Positions 25,954-40,062 of a DNA stretch of 64,000 bases are shown piece by piece. Below the pieces are notes generated by a model. The model worked only from the letters and a program-made list of their open reading frames with translations, did no database searches and was not told the origin of the DNA. How positions within the stretch are numbered: position 1 is the first letter of the stretch; every line of letters starts with the position of its first letter. The translations under genes were made by a program, and so were the position numbers. Origin of the DNA: Octopus vulgaris (taxonomy: Eukaryota); the NCBI GenBank assembly GCA_951406725.2, contig OX597822.1, positions 45,570,001-45,634,000 of the forward strand, read 5' to 3'.

Positions 25954-26017
<64 letters not shown>

Positions 26018-27374
26018 CCACTGCGCGGAATACTTTGGATAAGTGACTTATTGCAGCTGGGTGAATTTGAGACATGGAGTCTGTGTGGAAGCCCGTAGTG
26101 TATGTGTATGTGTGCGTGCGTGTTTACACATACGTATGCGTGTTTGTTTATATGTGAGTTTGTCCTACCACTGCTTGACAACCGATGTTGGTTTGTCTTT
26201 GTCACCGTAACTTTGCAGTTCGACAAGAGATATAGATAGAATAAGAACTAAACTTTAAAAGAAGGCAAGTGCTGTGGTCGATTTGTCCGAGTAAACACTG
26301 TAAAGTAGTGCCCTAACATGGCCACAGTCTAATAGCTGATACAAGTAAAAGTTAAAGATAAAAATAGGACGAGACGGTCACGGTCGTAACGCCTTTGTTC
26401 ATAGATCTGAGCTGCTTGCCACAGAGCCTGAACAACAACAACCACAGCAATAATAACATTTTCTACTTAAAGCACAAGGCCTCAAATTGGGGGTGGGGGT
26501 TAGTTGATTACATCGACCCCAGTGCATAACTGGTACTTATTTCATCGACCACGAGAGGATGAAAGGCAAAGTAGACCTCGGCGGAATTTGAACTCAGAAC
26601 GTAACGGCAGACGAAATACCGCTAAGCATTTCGCCCGGCGTGCTAACGTTTCTGCCAGCTCGCCGCCTTAATAATAATAATAATTATTATTATTTTTATT
26701 ATAGACACAAAGCCTTAAATTTGGGGGAGGTGGATAGTCGATTACATCGACCCCATTACGCAATTGGTACTTAATTTATCGACCCCGAACGGATGAAAGG
26801 CAAAGTCGAACTCGACGGAATTTGAACTCAGAATGTAGCGACGGACAAAATACCGCTCAGCATTTTGTCCAGTATGCTAACGATTATTCTACCAGCTTCG
26901 CCGCCTTAAATAATAATAATAATAATAATAATAATAATTCAAACAACAAAAAGAGTAACGACAACAGCATAGAGAACGAAAAGTCTACGAACACGGGGGA
27001 ATTAAGATTAATGGAGGAGGAGGAGGAGGAGGCAGTGTGGTGGAGAATGAAGAGTAGAGAATGTAAAGAGAATGAGATGGAGCGGAAGGAGAGAAAGCGA
27101 AACAGAAAGAAAGAAAGTGAAAGAAAAATCTCCTCACGTGACCATCAGCTGACCTTTGCGGAGTTTAGTTTTCTTTAGCAGGGTTGGCACCGATGTGACC
27201 CTTTGCTTTCACATAACGTCAACTCGGCTGACCCGAGTTGAACAAAGGTGGAATTCAGAACAGGACTTTTCGTCTGTGCTTTAATTGTTCCAATTAAACT
27301 TGTCTAATTAATACACAGAAATTGCCATTTGCACATGTCCTCTGCTTGCTTCTGTTGTCTGTTTAAACGATGGT

Positions 27375-27850
27375 TTACGACGGGTCTAGTGGTGGTGGAA
27401 GCGGGGGGGATGTTGCTAGTGATGTTGATCTTAGTGATGGTGATGATGATGATGATTGTAGTGATTTTGATGGCGAAGGTTGATGATAATAATGTTCGTG
27501 ATTATGATAATGACTGTAACGATTGATATCGTGATGATGATGATGATGATGATGATGGAGATGATGGTGGCGATGACTGATAATAGTGATGTTCATTATG
27601 ATGATTATAGTGATTATGATGATCGGTGTTGATCGTGATCGTGATGGCGATGATAACTAGTAACGTTGATGGTAGTGGTAATGATAATGATGATAGTGAT
27701 GATGGCTATGTTGATACTGATGAGGAAGAGGATGACGGAGATATACTACGGTGCTGAGGAGAAGGGGAAGGACAGGAGGCTGAGGAGGAGGAGGAGGAGG
27801 AGGGAGATGTTGAAGATAATGCTTATATTCCATATGACGATAGTGATGGA
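27375..27850. repeat. Degenerate (GAT)n/(GGA)n low-complexity tract
   Basis: Seen directly. Confidence 0.9.
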
Positions 27851-27875
27851 ATTGTACATATATATATATATTATA

Positions 27876-28667
27876 CAGGGTGCGATGGGTAAATTGTCGC
27901 CAATTTATATTCTTAATTTTATGTATGCGCATTGTTTGGATTTCATTTTGTCAACTACACAGTATAGTAGGGTCAGTTAGACACCGTCTGTGAGAAAAGC
28001 AGCACCATGACGCAATTCACTCTGCCAGAAATTCGTACTGCTTGGCATTCGCACCGGAAGCTCCAATACAAACATTTCAGAGTGTTTGGGACAGTACCGA
28101 AAGTGATAAAAATCAAACATTCAGTCAACATCATGGTGTTTGGAATGATCACTAGAGATGGTGACGTTTTGCCTCCATCTTCCCACACGGCCCCACACTC
28201 AACATGGAGACCTACATCAAGTGCCTGGAAGAGGTAGTGCTGCCTTGGGTGAAGAAGGTGGCTGCTTGAAGACCCTATGTCTGCCAACAGGACTCTGCGT
28301 CATGCTACACAAGCAGGTGAACCCAGTTAAAGCTGACAGACAATGTCTGCGACCACATCACCTCCAGCATCTGGCCACCTAGTTCCTCAGACTGCAATCC
28401 CTTATTATGTGTGGGATGCAGTTGAGCGAGAGGCTATCAGATGTTGCTTCGCTTTGTTTTAGCTTTCAAATGACGACGCCAACAGAAGAAAGGGTGAGGG
28501 AAAGTGGTGAAAGAGAACAGCAGGGATCGCCCCCCCCCCCTGCCGGAGCCTCGTGGATCTTTAGGTGTTTTTGCTCAATAAACACTCACAATGCTCGGCC
28601 TGGGAATCGAAACCGCGATCCTACGACCGCGAGTCCGCTTCCCTAACCACTGGGCCATTGCGCCTCC

Positions 28668-28704
<37 letters not shown>

Positions 28705-28836
28705 AGATGTGGCGAAAATATTCTCGCCTAAATTACACAAAAATGAAAATAACACTGCTATCTCTTTTTAACAGATATATTTACCAAAATTGCATTAAAA
28801 TATCTTGAAATACTAAAGATTAAATTTATTCAATAA
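27876..28836 (+). mobile_element. Rearranged Tc1/mariner (maT/DD37D-like) remnant with its right end inverted at 28703-28836
   Basis: TA+cagggtgcg TIR; IMVFGMITRDGDVLPP and WPPSSSDCNPL..VWDAVERE motifs. 28703 caagatgtggcgaaaatattctcgcc resembles the left TIR in the same orientation. Confidence 0.75.
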
Positions 28837-29110
28837 ATGGCCCAGTGGTTAGGGAAGCGGACTCGCGGTCGTAGGATCGCAGTTTCGATTCCCAGGCCGA
28901 GCATTGTGAGTGTTTATTGAGCAAAAACACCTAAAGATCCACCCTGCTCGGCAGGGGGGGGGGGCGATCCCTGTTGTTCTCTTTCACCACTTTCCCTCAC
29001 CCTTTCTTCTGTTGGCGTAATTTGAAAGCTAAAACAAAGCGAAGCGCATTGTGAGCAGCGATGTGTAGCAACATCTGATAGCCTGGTCGGTCACGGTGAT
29101 CACGGTGATA
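28431..29110. mobile_element. Head-to-head inverted pair of family C-head SINEs
   Basis: 28431-28668 (-) and 28836-29110 (+) are near-identical and share variants absent from the 11558 copy. Confidence 0.85.
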
Positions 29111-29277
29111 TATATATATACTATTCTGCTTATGTCTGTGCAGACCTTTCAATGTAATCTATGCCAGAAGGTTGGCAAATCTAACGGAAGCCTCAAAAGA
29201 CATTTTAAGATCCACTAAGGTCAGAACCTATCTGCAGCTTTTGGTGATCCAAATCGGTCCAATATATTTTGATCAAG

Positions 29278-29313
<36 letters not shown>

Positions 29314-29546
29314 ATTGTGTGTGGGTGTGTGTGTGTGTGCGAGCGCGCGCAGCTAAACTATGCCTCTGTGTGTGTGTATTATGCATGTCTATGATTGTGT
29401 ATATACGTGTATATGGGAGATTTTAAACGTACATATGGAAGTAAGTACATTTGTAGGTGTATAATAGGTTTGCATCTGCATCTTTACAGACGTGTATGTA
29501 AACGTATGCATGTGTGTATATGCCCATTTAAAGCGTAAGAATATCC

Positions 29547-29589
<43 letters not shown>

Positions 29590-29941
29590 ATGTTTAATCA
29601 TATCAAAGGGAAATGGAATTTAATTAGATTTAAAATATTCAATCAAAATTTACATTTCCAGTGGTCTAACGTGCAAAAAAATTAGTCAAGAAGACTATAT
29701 ATTAGTTATACGATATAGTGCATATTTATACACATAAGGAATCCACTTAGCGTGAGATTCAACACATTAGAGAGAACAGCTAGGTTCTATAAACCACAAA
29801 AATAACGGATAAAATTCGACAGGAATAAATTTGGAAATGAAAAACATTTATCATCTAGTACCCCGGACCAAATTGGTTTCTGATCTTCTTTTAGCAAGTC
29901 GGGGAAACTCGCAAGGTCTGATCTTCTTCGGCGAGGTCCAA

Positions 29942-30105
29942 CCTAGGGTTAAACATAAACATATATAATTTTCGGTTAAAGTTGGCGGTTTTTATTGTAG
30001 CCAACGATAGGACTGCGATTGCGCAGAAAAATTTGAAAAGTTAGTTCGTATAAACACGAAACAAGTAGCGGTGTTTGTCTTCTGTCGTATATGTTTAACC
30101 CTAGG
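29942..30105. mobile_element. Putative MITE-like insert with a perfect 16-bp inverted repeat
   Basis: cctagggttaaacata ... tatgtttaaccctagg. Confidence 0.5.
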
Positions 30106-30612
30106 AGCAGATTGAGAAGGTTTAGCGATTAGCCATGGAAGACCGTCGTATAACAATCCAGGAAATTCCTCACGAAGTAGGAATAAGCAAAAGATCAGTG
30201 CATCTCATTCTAACGGAGGGTTTGTACACGCGGAGAGTGTCGGCGAAATTCGTCCTCGGGTGCTAGCAGAGCAGAGAAAGCAACTTCGCATGGAAATCAG
30301 TCAGGACATGTTGGACTGAGCAAACCACGACCCAACATTCATGAAGACCATCATCACCTGTGATGAAACAAGGGTTTGTGGTCTCTACTCGATGCATTTG
30401 GCTATTTTGTGTGGAAACGAAAATCCGACGAGCGTGCACTACACGTTTGTACTCTAGGCGTAACAGCCGGGAACTGACGCGGCTTACCGATGTGAAAATT
30501 TTCCTTCATGCGCATGAAGGATGGTCTCACCTCCCATCCAAAGGATTCTTCCCGCGCGGCATTAATTTTGGCGAGGAAACATGAAGTCGCATACTTTTTG
30601 AACGTACCTTAG
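30106..30612 (+). mobile_element. Mariner transposase remnant and right end
   Basis: EDRRITIQEI.HEVGISKRSVHLILTE.L..RRVSAKFV...DPTFMKTIITCDET. Terminal gtcgcatactttttgaacgtacct. Confidence 0.85.
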
Positions 30613-31010
30613 ATATGTGTGTATGTATTTATTTATCTATGTGCATATATATATATATAGTTCAAATTTGCAGAAAGCTGAAGACGAAGACAGGTGAAGG
30701 AACAACAAGAAGGTGGTGTTAGTTTAATGCTCAGGAAGAATGGAAAAGTTTTTTAACGTTTCGAGCCTTCGCTCTTCGACAGAAAGGGATTGGGAACACA
30801 CATCATGTTGAACCGTTAATCCCTACACATTATTTTCTCTCCCCGTTTTTTTCGTTCTCTCCCCATTTTTCCCCTCCCAATCCCTTTCTGTCGAAGAGCG
30901 AAGGCTCGAAACGTTCAAAAACTTTTCCATTCTTCCTGAGCGTTAAACTAACACCACCTTCTTGTTGTTCCTTCACCTGTCTTCGTCTTCAGCTTTCTGC
31001 AAATTTGAAC

Positions 31011-31042
<32 letters not shown>

Positions 31043-31186
31043 TAGATAAATAAATACATACACACATATCTAAGGTACGTTCAAAAAGTATGCGACTTCA
31101 TATTTCCTCGCCAAAATTAATGCCGCGCGGGAAGAATCCTTTGGATGGGAGGTGAGACCATCCTTCATGCGCATGAAGGAAAATTT
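30496..31186. repeat. Near-perfect ~300 bp inverted duplication (mariner end + flank + PLE pLTR)
   Basis: 30496-30795 is the reverse complement of 30875-31186, apart from a few substitutions and the TA-run length. Confidence 0.92.
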
Positions 31187-31208
31187 ATATATATATATAT
31201 ATATATAT

Positions 31209-31403
31209 AAACGACTTGACATCCTGCTCTCCAAGATCCCAGATGAATGTACATCATGGAAAGAAGCTCAAAAGACAACAGCAATATTACACTTCTCCCT
31301 TCACCAAAAGCCAATCTCAAAAGAACGGCCATTGAAAAACGTGATTATACCAGCGCTACCCCAGGGTGGCAGCAGTCTTTGGGCTGAATCGAATAAAAGA
31401 ATA
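31209..31403 (+). mobile_element. 3' tail of a CR1/Jockey-group LINE (related to 23527-23720)
   Basis: KRLDILLSKIPDE versus KLGLFLSRVPDE; shared cttcaccaaa.gcc and cccag..tggc..cag....gctgaatc tail. Confidence 0.7.
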
Positions 31404-31413
31404 TGTGTATGTG

Positions 31414-31466
<53 letters not shown>

Positions 31467-33262
31467 ATGTATATATGTGTGTATTTATGAATTAATATGT
31501 ATGAATATATATGTGTGTATTTATGTATATCTATGTATATGTACTTACATATATGAACATAGATATGCACATCAATACACACAGATATAGACAGAGTTAT
31601 CTACATACGCATATAAATATGTAGAGGGGGTAGACAAAAGTACAGGGGGTAAACAGTTGCTCATTAATGGGATTATTCTCTTCATTCTTATCTGAAGAAA
31701 GAAACAGACAAATGGAAAGATCATTCCACTCTGATTAAGCCTTCTGTATATCTACTTTTGTCTATCCCTGCATATATAGATGCATATACATACTTGAACA
31801 AAACTCTGCGTTTCTTCCCCCACATTTGTCCTTCTTCTCACCACCACTACCACCACTACATACCTCTCTTTTGTTTAACGATGCTGCGACTTGATGCCTG
31901 TTTTCATTGGTTCTCTACGTAAAATATGGTGCCACTTGATGTTGCACATTCTCTCTTTGTCTCATTCTTCCAAATATTCCTTCATTTCCTCTTGTTTCAT
32001 CGCTCGCTTTTTTTTTTTTTGCCGTTTATATTTACTCCTTTTTTCTTTTTCATTTTTTTTTTACCTATATATTTATTTATTTATTTGTCTTTCGTCTTCC
32101 TTTTCTCTTTGATGCTTCCCTTCTTTCATTCTCTGACTGAATCATTCAATCATTCATTGAAAGATGAAGTCAATATGGATTGAACCGACAACATTATTTC
32201 AAAAAGAATGTCAAATTTCTTCGTTGTATGGTAAATACAGATGTATAACTGCATCACACACATAGGAATGTGTGAATGTTTCCATGTGTGCGTGCGTGTG
32301 TGTGTATATATATATGCACTATACAATATGTGTGTGTATCTGTGTTTATATTCGTATGTATTTGTTTATATGCACGCATACGATATGTCTATATATTCGT
32401 ATGTATTTGTATACATACAGGCATACAACAATATATAAATATATGTATACATGTGTGTGTATGTGCGTATCTACAGACAAACAGAGTTAAGTAAAATTTG
32501 AGTAAATGACCTTGTAGAATGCTACGCAAAGCCCATCCACAGTCGTTGGCTATCTGATGTCATCATACAATGGAACAGAGGAAATGTTTCTGCCACTGGA
32601 GAGACAACAGAAATTCTGTAATATCGGTAGATTTTATATAAATAGACAAATGAAAGAAAAGATAATTAACACTCTTTATAAAAAATGTAGTTAGTTCACT
32701 ACCATTGTTTCGACACATTTTTACACCTACGTTGACAATCATTATCTTACATCCAAGATGAAAAGTTTGCTTTCTAAGCTGATTGTTTAAATAAATTCTT
32801 TGTTAGATTCTCTAGCCTTTTCCCTCAGTACGATAATGCATGCACAAAATAATGCGATATTCCCAATAATTTACAGACGAAACCAATACTGTTACAAATA
32901 CAAAATACATCCGGGACCTTCGCTCTGCTTTCCCCAAGTCTTTCTTTATTTTTTCATGTATTTTGTACTTTGATTGTAATTATATTTTGTCTGCCTCTAT
33001 ATCTATGGGTTTAGTTATGTCTCTAAACTGCTAGAAATGACACATAACTATGGGGATGAAATGGCGAGGTGATCTAACGAAAGACTTACCTGAACGATAA
33101 CCTGAAGATATATATATATACAACGGGCTTCTTTCTGTTTCCGTCTATCATATCCGCTCACAATGATTTAGTCGGTCCGAGGCTATAGCAGAATAATCTT
33201 GCCCAAGGTGCCATGCAGTGGGACTGAACCTGGAACCATGTAGTTGAGAAACAAGCTTTTTA

Positions 33263-33365
<103 letters not shown>

Positions 33366-33456
33366 CCTATGTTATTATGTCGGCTATGGCCTCGTGATTC
33401 CAACATGCAACAACAGTTTTATGGGATCGTACCGAGCTGTGCCGATATAATGTAGG

Positions 33457-33491
<35 letters not shown>

Positions 33492-33764
33492 CTATGGATG
33501 GAATTTATGAATATTTTAATGTATCGCTACGCGCGTTTCCACAAACCGCATGTTTTTGTGACCATAGACCGCACTCCTGGAATTATTGGCAACCCATTTA
33601 CCGGTCTGATTTGTAGCTAGCCGACAACATGTATATAAAATTTGCTTCCTTGCCCTGCAACATCTGAATTCATTAAGGAAGCGCCTACTGTGCCTAAGGT
33701 TAAACTAATGACCAACGCTCCCTATCTCAACGTGTGCACACATAAATTTCAAACAATACCACAC

Positions 33765-35170
33765 TAAACTCTCCATCCCCTGCTTCCAATTTCTCCGTCT
33801 GTGCAGGCTCTGTAGCGACAACCATGACTTTGAAACTCAGTCTCAACTCATGGCTCGCCACTTCATCCCTTATGGATATCCCCTCACCACTAACCTCACA
33901 GCCCTTGCCAGAAAACGTTCCATGAACCGTGACTCTTCTCTCTCTTCCCGCCCCCGCCCCGCCATTTCCCGTCTCCCGTTTCCCCCTCACCTATCACTTT
34001 CCAATCTTCCCCTATAGTGCACCATTCTCCGAGCCTTCCGGCGACTCCAGTCCGACCCCTCCACCTCGCACATCTTCCCCAACCTGTCCCTTCTCCCTTC
34101 AAACGAGCCCACAACCTGTGTGACCTCCTGGTCCACAGTTTCTTCCCTAACCCATTCTCCCAACCTGGCTCATTCCCCTGCTCCCGTAACGCTCCGCACT
34201 TGACCCTACCTCTCCAACACCATCCTCACAGGCACCCATCATCGTCCCTATCATAACACAGACTCCTTTGCCTGCACTTCTAGCAACGTCATTTACTGCA
34301 TCTCTTACTCTTTCTGCCCTTATCTGTACATCGGTCAAACGGGACGCCACTTGGCTGACCGGTTCGCGGAGCACCTCCGAGACATCACACTCGGCAATGA
34401 CACTCTGGTCTCGTGCCATTTCCGTTCTATCGGTCATTCACTACAACACCTGTCTGCGTTCGGATTGTCTTTGCACAGGAGGCATCCGAGACCCCTACAT
34501 TCGCCGTAAACAGGAATTAATCTTCTCTCTTCACTCCTTTGCGTCACATGGGCTCAACTCCCCTCCTCTCTTCAGCTGACACCTACTTCCTCTCCACTCC
34601 ACCCACCTCTCTTCCTCTGACACCTATTTCCTCTCTTCACTCCCACCCACCTTCTCTCCATTGATACCCTCCACCCACACCACACCCACGTCCCTACCCA
34701 TACTCCTACCCCAACATCCCCCATGCACCCACCCACACCACCACACCACCTCACACCAGCACTGACCACTTCCCAGCACCTACTCCACACGCCATTATCT
34801 GCACACCCACACATTACAGACGCACAAATCCACAGACGTCAAAGTCACTATCCACACAAACACACATTCTCACATGCACACACACACGCACGCGCACCTC
34901 CGTTTGGGAATCACCAATACTTTATTATTTCCCCTTCTTTCTACCTCTACTGTGAAACTTTTTTCCTTAACCAGTCATCATGCTTGACCGTAAAATCCAC
35001 AAGTTTTTTTTTATTCTCTCTCTGTTTATTTTCTTTTATTCCTTTCTGTTGTACAGCGTAGGCTCCCAACGTAAGACTTTCTCACTTTCCCGAGTGTCAA
35101 ACTTAAATACACTTGCTTGTTATTCATACACCTGTCTTCGTCCTTTGTTTTTTCTGTAAATTTCAATATA
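33765..35170 (+). mobile_element. Penelope-like element (RT C-terminus, GIY-YIG, 3' UTR/pLTR), decayed
   Basis: KLSIPCFQFLRLCRLCS..F...YGYP; NLCDLLVHS; CTSSNVIYCISYSFCPYLYIGQTGRHLADRFAEHLRDI...HF...KQELIFSLHSFASHGLN. Ends at (TA)n. Confidence 0.9.
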
Positions 35171-36250
35171 TATATGTGTGTGTATATATAAACATCAAAC
35201 AACAATGGTAAAGAATTAATAATCAAACAATCTGCTAGAAATAGCAGCCGAATTTATAGGTGCAGACATAGATGTGTAGTTAAGAATCTCGCTTTGCCAT
35301 CCATCAGCCTTCGTCGAACAGATTTATATTCAGACAGTGAAACCATGACCAGTCACACACTCCTGATAGTTTATAACAGACTACAGTCTCCAAAATATCC
35401 TTCCTTTCTTTGAAGATTGTAAAGAATGATTTGAGGGAGATTTGGCTGTTATTACAAGGAAGTAGATCAACCATAGAGTAGCGAGATGTCACAGTGTGAC
35501 TGTGGTGGCACGTTGTACTTGCATTTTTCATTGTCCACTCTGTTCCTGAAATCACGTTCAACAGATGAGTAATTAAAATATATTTGTGCTAAACAAAAAC
35601 GTAAAAATAGTGAAACAAATATAAAAATAATAGGATATAACATAAAATACGAAAATGAAATATATAAAATACATAAATAAAAAATGTAAAACACGAAAGT
35701 AATAATATATATGATAAAATACGAAAATAAGAGCTAAAATACGAAAATAATATATGAGATTAAAATTCAAAAGGAAAAACGCAATATCAAAATTTAATAA
35801 AAATAAAAACAGAAACGAAAGCGGAAAACACCAGCTGTGGTAAAAATAATAGAAAATTGCTTAAACTAAATAGTTAAGTGAAGTAATAATTGAGTTAAAT
35901 AAATAAATAAATAAATACTTGGAATAGGTGGGATGGTGGAGATGGAACGGATGTATCCGTAGCCGTGACTGAAAGTCAAAAAATCTTGAAGACTTCAATG
36001 ACAAAACGAAATTGAAAACAGTAAAGTGAAAACATTTCGAAAAAGGGAAAAAAAAGATTGTAAAAGGAAACTGAGGCAGATATTTTATTTTAGAATATAA
36101 TTTTATTTTTTTGTATTTTTTTTTTGTATGAAATAAAATAAGAAAATTCTAAATCCTTTCGTTTAAATGAAAAGAAAAAAATTAAATAGGAAGCCAAAAA
36201 ACAAGCAATAACCGCAGTCATCATCATCATCATCATCCTTTTCAACACCG

Positions 36251-36286
<36 letters not shown>

Positions 36287-36674
36287 AACGGTAAATAATG
36301 ACTATAAGCTATCGGAGTAAATAATAACAGAGCGTGTTTTATCTTCTTCCCGTGGAAAGAAAGCAGTGATGTGTGTGTGTATGTGTGTGCTTGAAAGAGA
36401 AAGTGGTGGGGAGACCTTACATCTTTTGATTGGTAGTTCAGACTGAAAGAAAGAAATGATGAAGGATAGAAAAAAAGGAAACGAAACGAAACGAAACAAT
36501 TGTATTTATACAGTTTCTTGAGATTTTTCTTTTCCCCTACAACAACAAACGAAGCAAAGTAAGCATCACAAACCATATTTCCTGAATGAAATCATTATCA
36601 TCATCATTTTGTTGTTATTTACCTTTCATCTCATTCGGGGTCGATAAAGTAAGTACCAGCTGAACACTGGGGAC

Positions 36675-36712
<38 letters not shown>

Positions 36713-36922
36713 AGCTGCGAGCTGGCAAAAACCTTAGCACGCCGCGCGAAATGCTTAGCGATATTTCGTTCTGAGTTCAAATGCCGCCGAGGTCGACTTT
36801 GCCTTTCATCCATTTGGGGTCGATAAAATAAGTACCAGTTGATCACTGGGGTGGATGTAATCGACTAGCCACCTACCCTAAAATTTCAGGCCTTGTGCCT
36901 ATAGCAGAAAAGATTATTGTTA

Positions 36923-36956
<34 letters not shown>

Positions 36957-37277
36957 GACGGCGAGCTGTCAGGATCGTTAGCGCGCCGGGAGAAATGCTT
37001 AGCGGCATTTCGTCCGTCTTTACGTTCTGAATTCAAATTCCACCGCGGTCGATTGTGCTTTTCATCCTTTCGGGGTCGATAAATTAAGTAACAGCGAATC
37101 GCTGGAGTCGATATAATCGACTCGTCCCCCCCCAAAAAAAAATTGACTGCCCTTGTGGCAAAATTCGAAACCATTATTATTATTATTATTTACTGATTTT
37201 TATCAACCTTTCTGTAAATATAATCATCATCATCATTATTACTATTATCATTATCGTTATTGTTACTATTATCATCA

Positions 37278-37323
<46 letters not shown>

Positions 37324-37574
37324 CATATCATCATCAGATCACATTTTTAAACAACCTTTTGCATCTCGCGCTTTTAGTTATAAGCATTTGTTTTGTTGCT
37401 GTTGCTGTTGTCATAGCTATTAACAGTTGTCGCTTCTTCTTTTTTCCTTCGATTTTTTTTTTTTTTCGTTTTTTGCTGGGGAATGTTTTTCTCCTATGAT
37501 TGCTTGCGTCTTCTTGCAATTTCATATTCATTTGGGTTTTGTTTTAATTATTTTATATTTATTCTACCATGTGT

Positions 37575-37605
<31 letters not shown>

Positions 37606-38477
37606 CATGTGTAAGTTTTAGTTTCGTTTTGAATGAGAAACTTGCTATGCCAAAGTTTTATCCTATTGTAATATGGCTAACCTCACTTGAATCCATTTTT
37701 CTTTCAGACAAAAAGACTCCTTCAGAATTTCCACCATTTTCTCTTCAAATGTTTTTCTAAGATTTCCTTACGGTGGAAATGTTTTTAAAAAAATTAAATT
37801 TTTTTTTACAAATTGTCGTGTCATGTATATGCATTAATATATAAATATTAATATATAGGTTGATATATATATTTACATACATTTCTATAAATGTATATAT
37901 ACATAAATAGCTAGATATGTGTATATAGATATATAGATATATACATATACACCAACACACACACACACACGTAATCATGTGCATATATATGTGTGTGTGC
38001 GCGTAAATATGTATATATGTTTATGTATATATATATGTATATATATGTTTGTGTGTACATATATTTGTGTGTATACATGTAGATATGCTTGTATGTATAT
38101 AAGTATATATGTGTATATATTTATGTATGTGTGCATATATAAATATATATATATTTATGTATTTGTGCGTGTGTGTGAGTGTATATGTACGTATATTAGC
38201 GTGTGTGTGTGTGTGAGTGAAAGGGAGAGAGTGTGTGTGTGTTTGTTGTTTGAATTAGGTATTGCTGTTGGTCTTGCAGTTATTTATTCAAGTTTTTTTT
38301 TAATTCAAAACTGAACAATGGATCTGTATTCTGCTGATGGAAAATAAACATATAACAAGTGCTGCTTTCTATGGTTTCACATTGTTCATAGTGTGAAGAG
38401 CGTAATTAAAGAACGATAACTTCCACTCTCCTCCAGTTTTTCGCTGCTCCTTCAACTGTTCATTTTTTCCCTTCTTC

Positions 38478-38553
<76 letters not shown>

Positions 38554-38862
38554 ATAATGTGTGTGTGTGTCTGCGTTGTTTCTCCTGCTCATGTGTGTGG
38601 GTGCGTTTTTTGTTTAATCCATTCACTACATATATTTTATCTTTTTCTTTTGCTTACTTTTCCCTTTTTCTTTATCGCTATGTACAACTCGTTTTGTGTA
38701 TGCGTAAAATGAAAGATCGGAGAGAGAGAGAGAGAGAGAGAGAGATTTATAGACAAATAGATAGGTATACACATACACACATATATATACATATAAATGT
38801 ACACACACACACATATATATGCAATTATGCATGTACACGCACACATATATAGCTATACATAT

Positions 38863-38913
<51 letters not shown>

Positions 38914-39242
38914 CACATATATACACATATGCACACATACATATACACATATATAAACATATATATATACAAATACATACACATATATACATATATATAA
39001 ATATATACAAATATACATACGTTTGCATACATATACATATATACGTTATATATACATATATATACGCATACATATATATGCACACACACGCACACACGCA
39101 TATTTCATGAACGTATATCACTTGAAATAATTCACCTAACCCCCTACCTTATCCACGATCCCCAGACTGCATATTAACACATGTAACATAATTTTCATAT
39201 ACTTTTGCATAGATAGATAGATAGACACACACACACACACAC

Positions 39243-39288
<46 letters not shown>

Positions 39289-39785
39289 ACAACCCTCCAC
39301 TTGCGTTCAGCAAATGCGACTTATTTGCGTAATTGTTTTGTCGTAAAAGAATTTAGCTGTGGGTGAAGTTCAGTTCGTTGTGTTTTCTATATATGTTTGC
39401 GGATGACTCTCTATACGCCATTTTTCTCGTAATTATATAAGTCATTATTGAATTCTTAACTCCAAGAAATTATTCTTTATAATTTCAATTTCTTCTGTAA
39501 CTTCAACTAATAACAAGATTCTGTTCATCTTTTCCGGTGTTGTTTTTCTTTGGTTCATCTCCGCTGTTGTTGTTGTTGTTGTTGTTGTTGTTGTCGTTGT
39601 CGTTGTCGTCGTCGTCGTCGTCGCCGCCACCGCCGCCATCATCGTCTTGTTCAACTAGATTATTTCTAGGATTTCCCTGTATGGCGAATTCAGGCTTGAA
39701 ACAAACGTCGCAATAATCTTGAACAAAAGGTTTCTTCAATAAGTGCGATCTGAAGAATAAACAGCTATTTAACCATCTGGATACC

Positions 39786-39947
39786 AGAGAAGTTTATCTG
39801 TAAATATATGTGACAATTATTCGGTAGCCATGATAAAACTCCGAGTTTCTGATGTCGGGGCGTGGGTTTCCGACCCGACATCCGAAACTCGGAGTTTTAT
39901 CATGGCTACCGAATAATTGTCACATATATTTACAGATAAACTTCTCT
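39786..39947. repeat. Near-perfect hairpin with ~74 bp arms and 14-nt loop
   Basis: agagaagtttatctgtaaat...gtcggg / cccgac...atttacagataaacttctct; one mismatch seen. Confidence 0.92.
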
Positions 39948-40002
39948 TTTCACATAATAACGAGGTCTCTTTCATTCTTTTGTTGTCTTACCATTTCTAT
40001 CA

Positions 40003-40062
<60 letters not shown>

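Noticed and set aside
39503-39739. ORF with a CxxC motif and acidic tail
   Set aside because: Half is trinucleotide repeat; no recognisable domain or clear splice sites.
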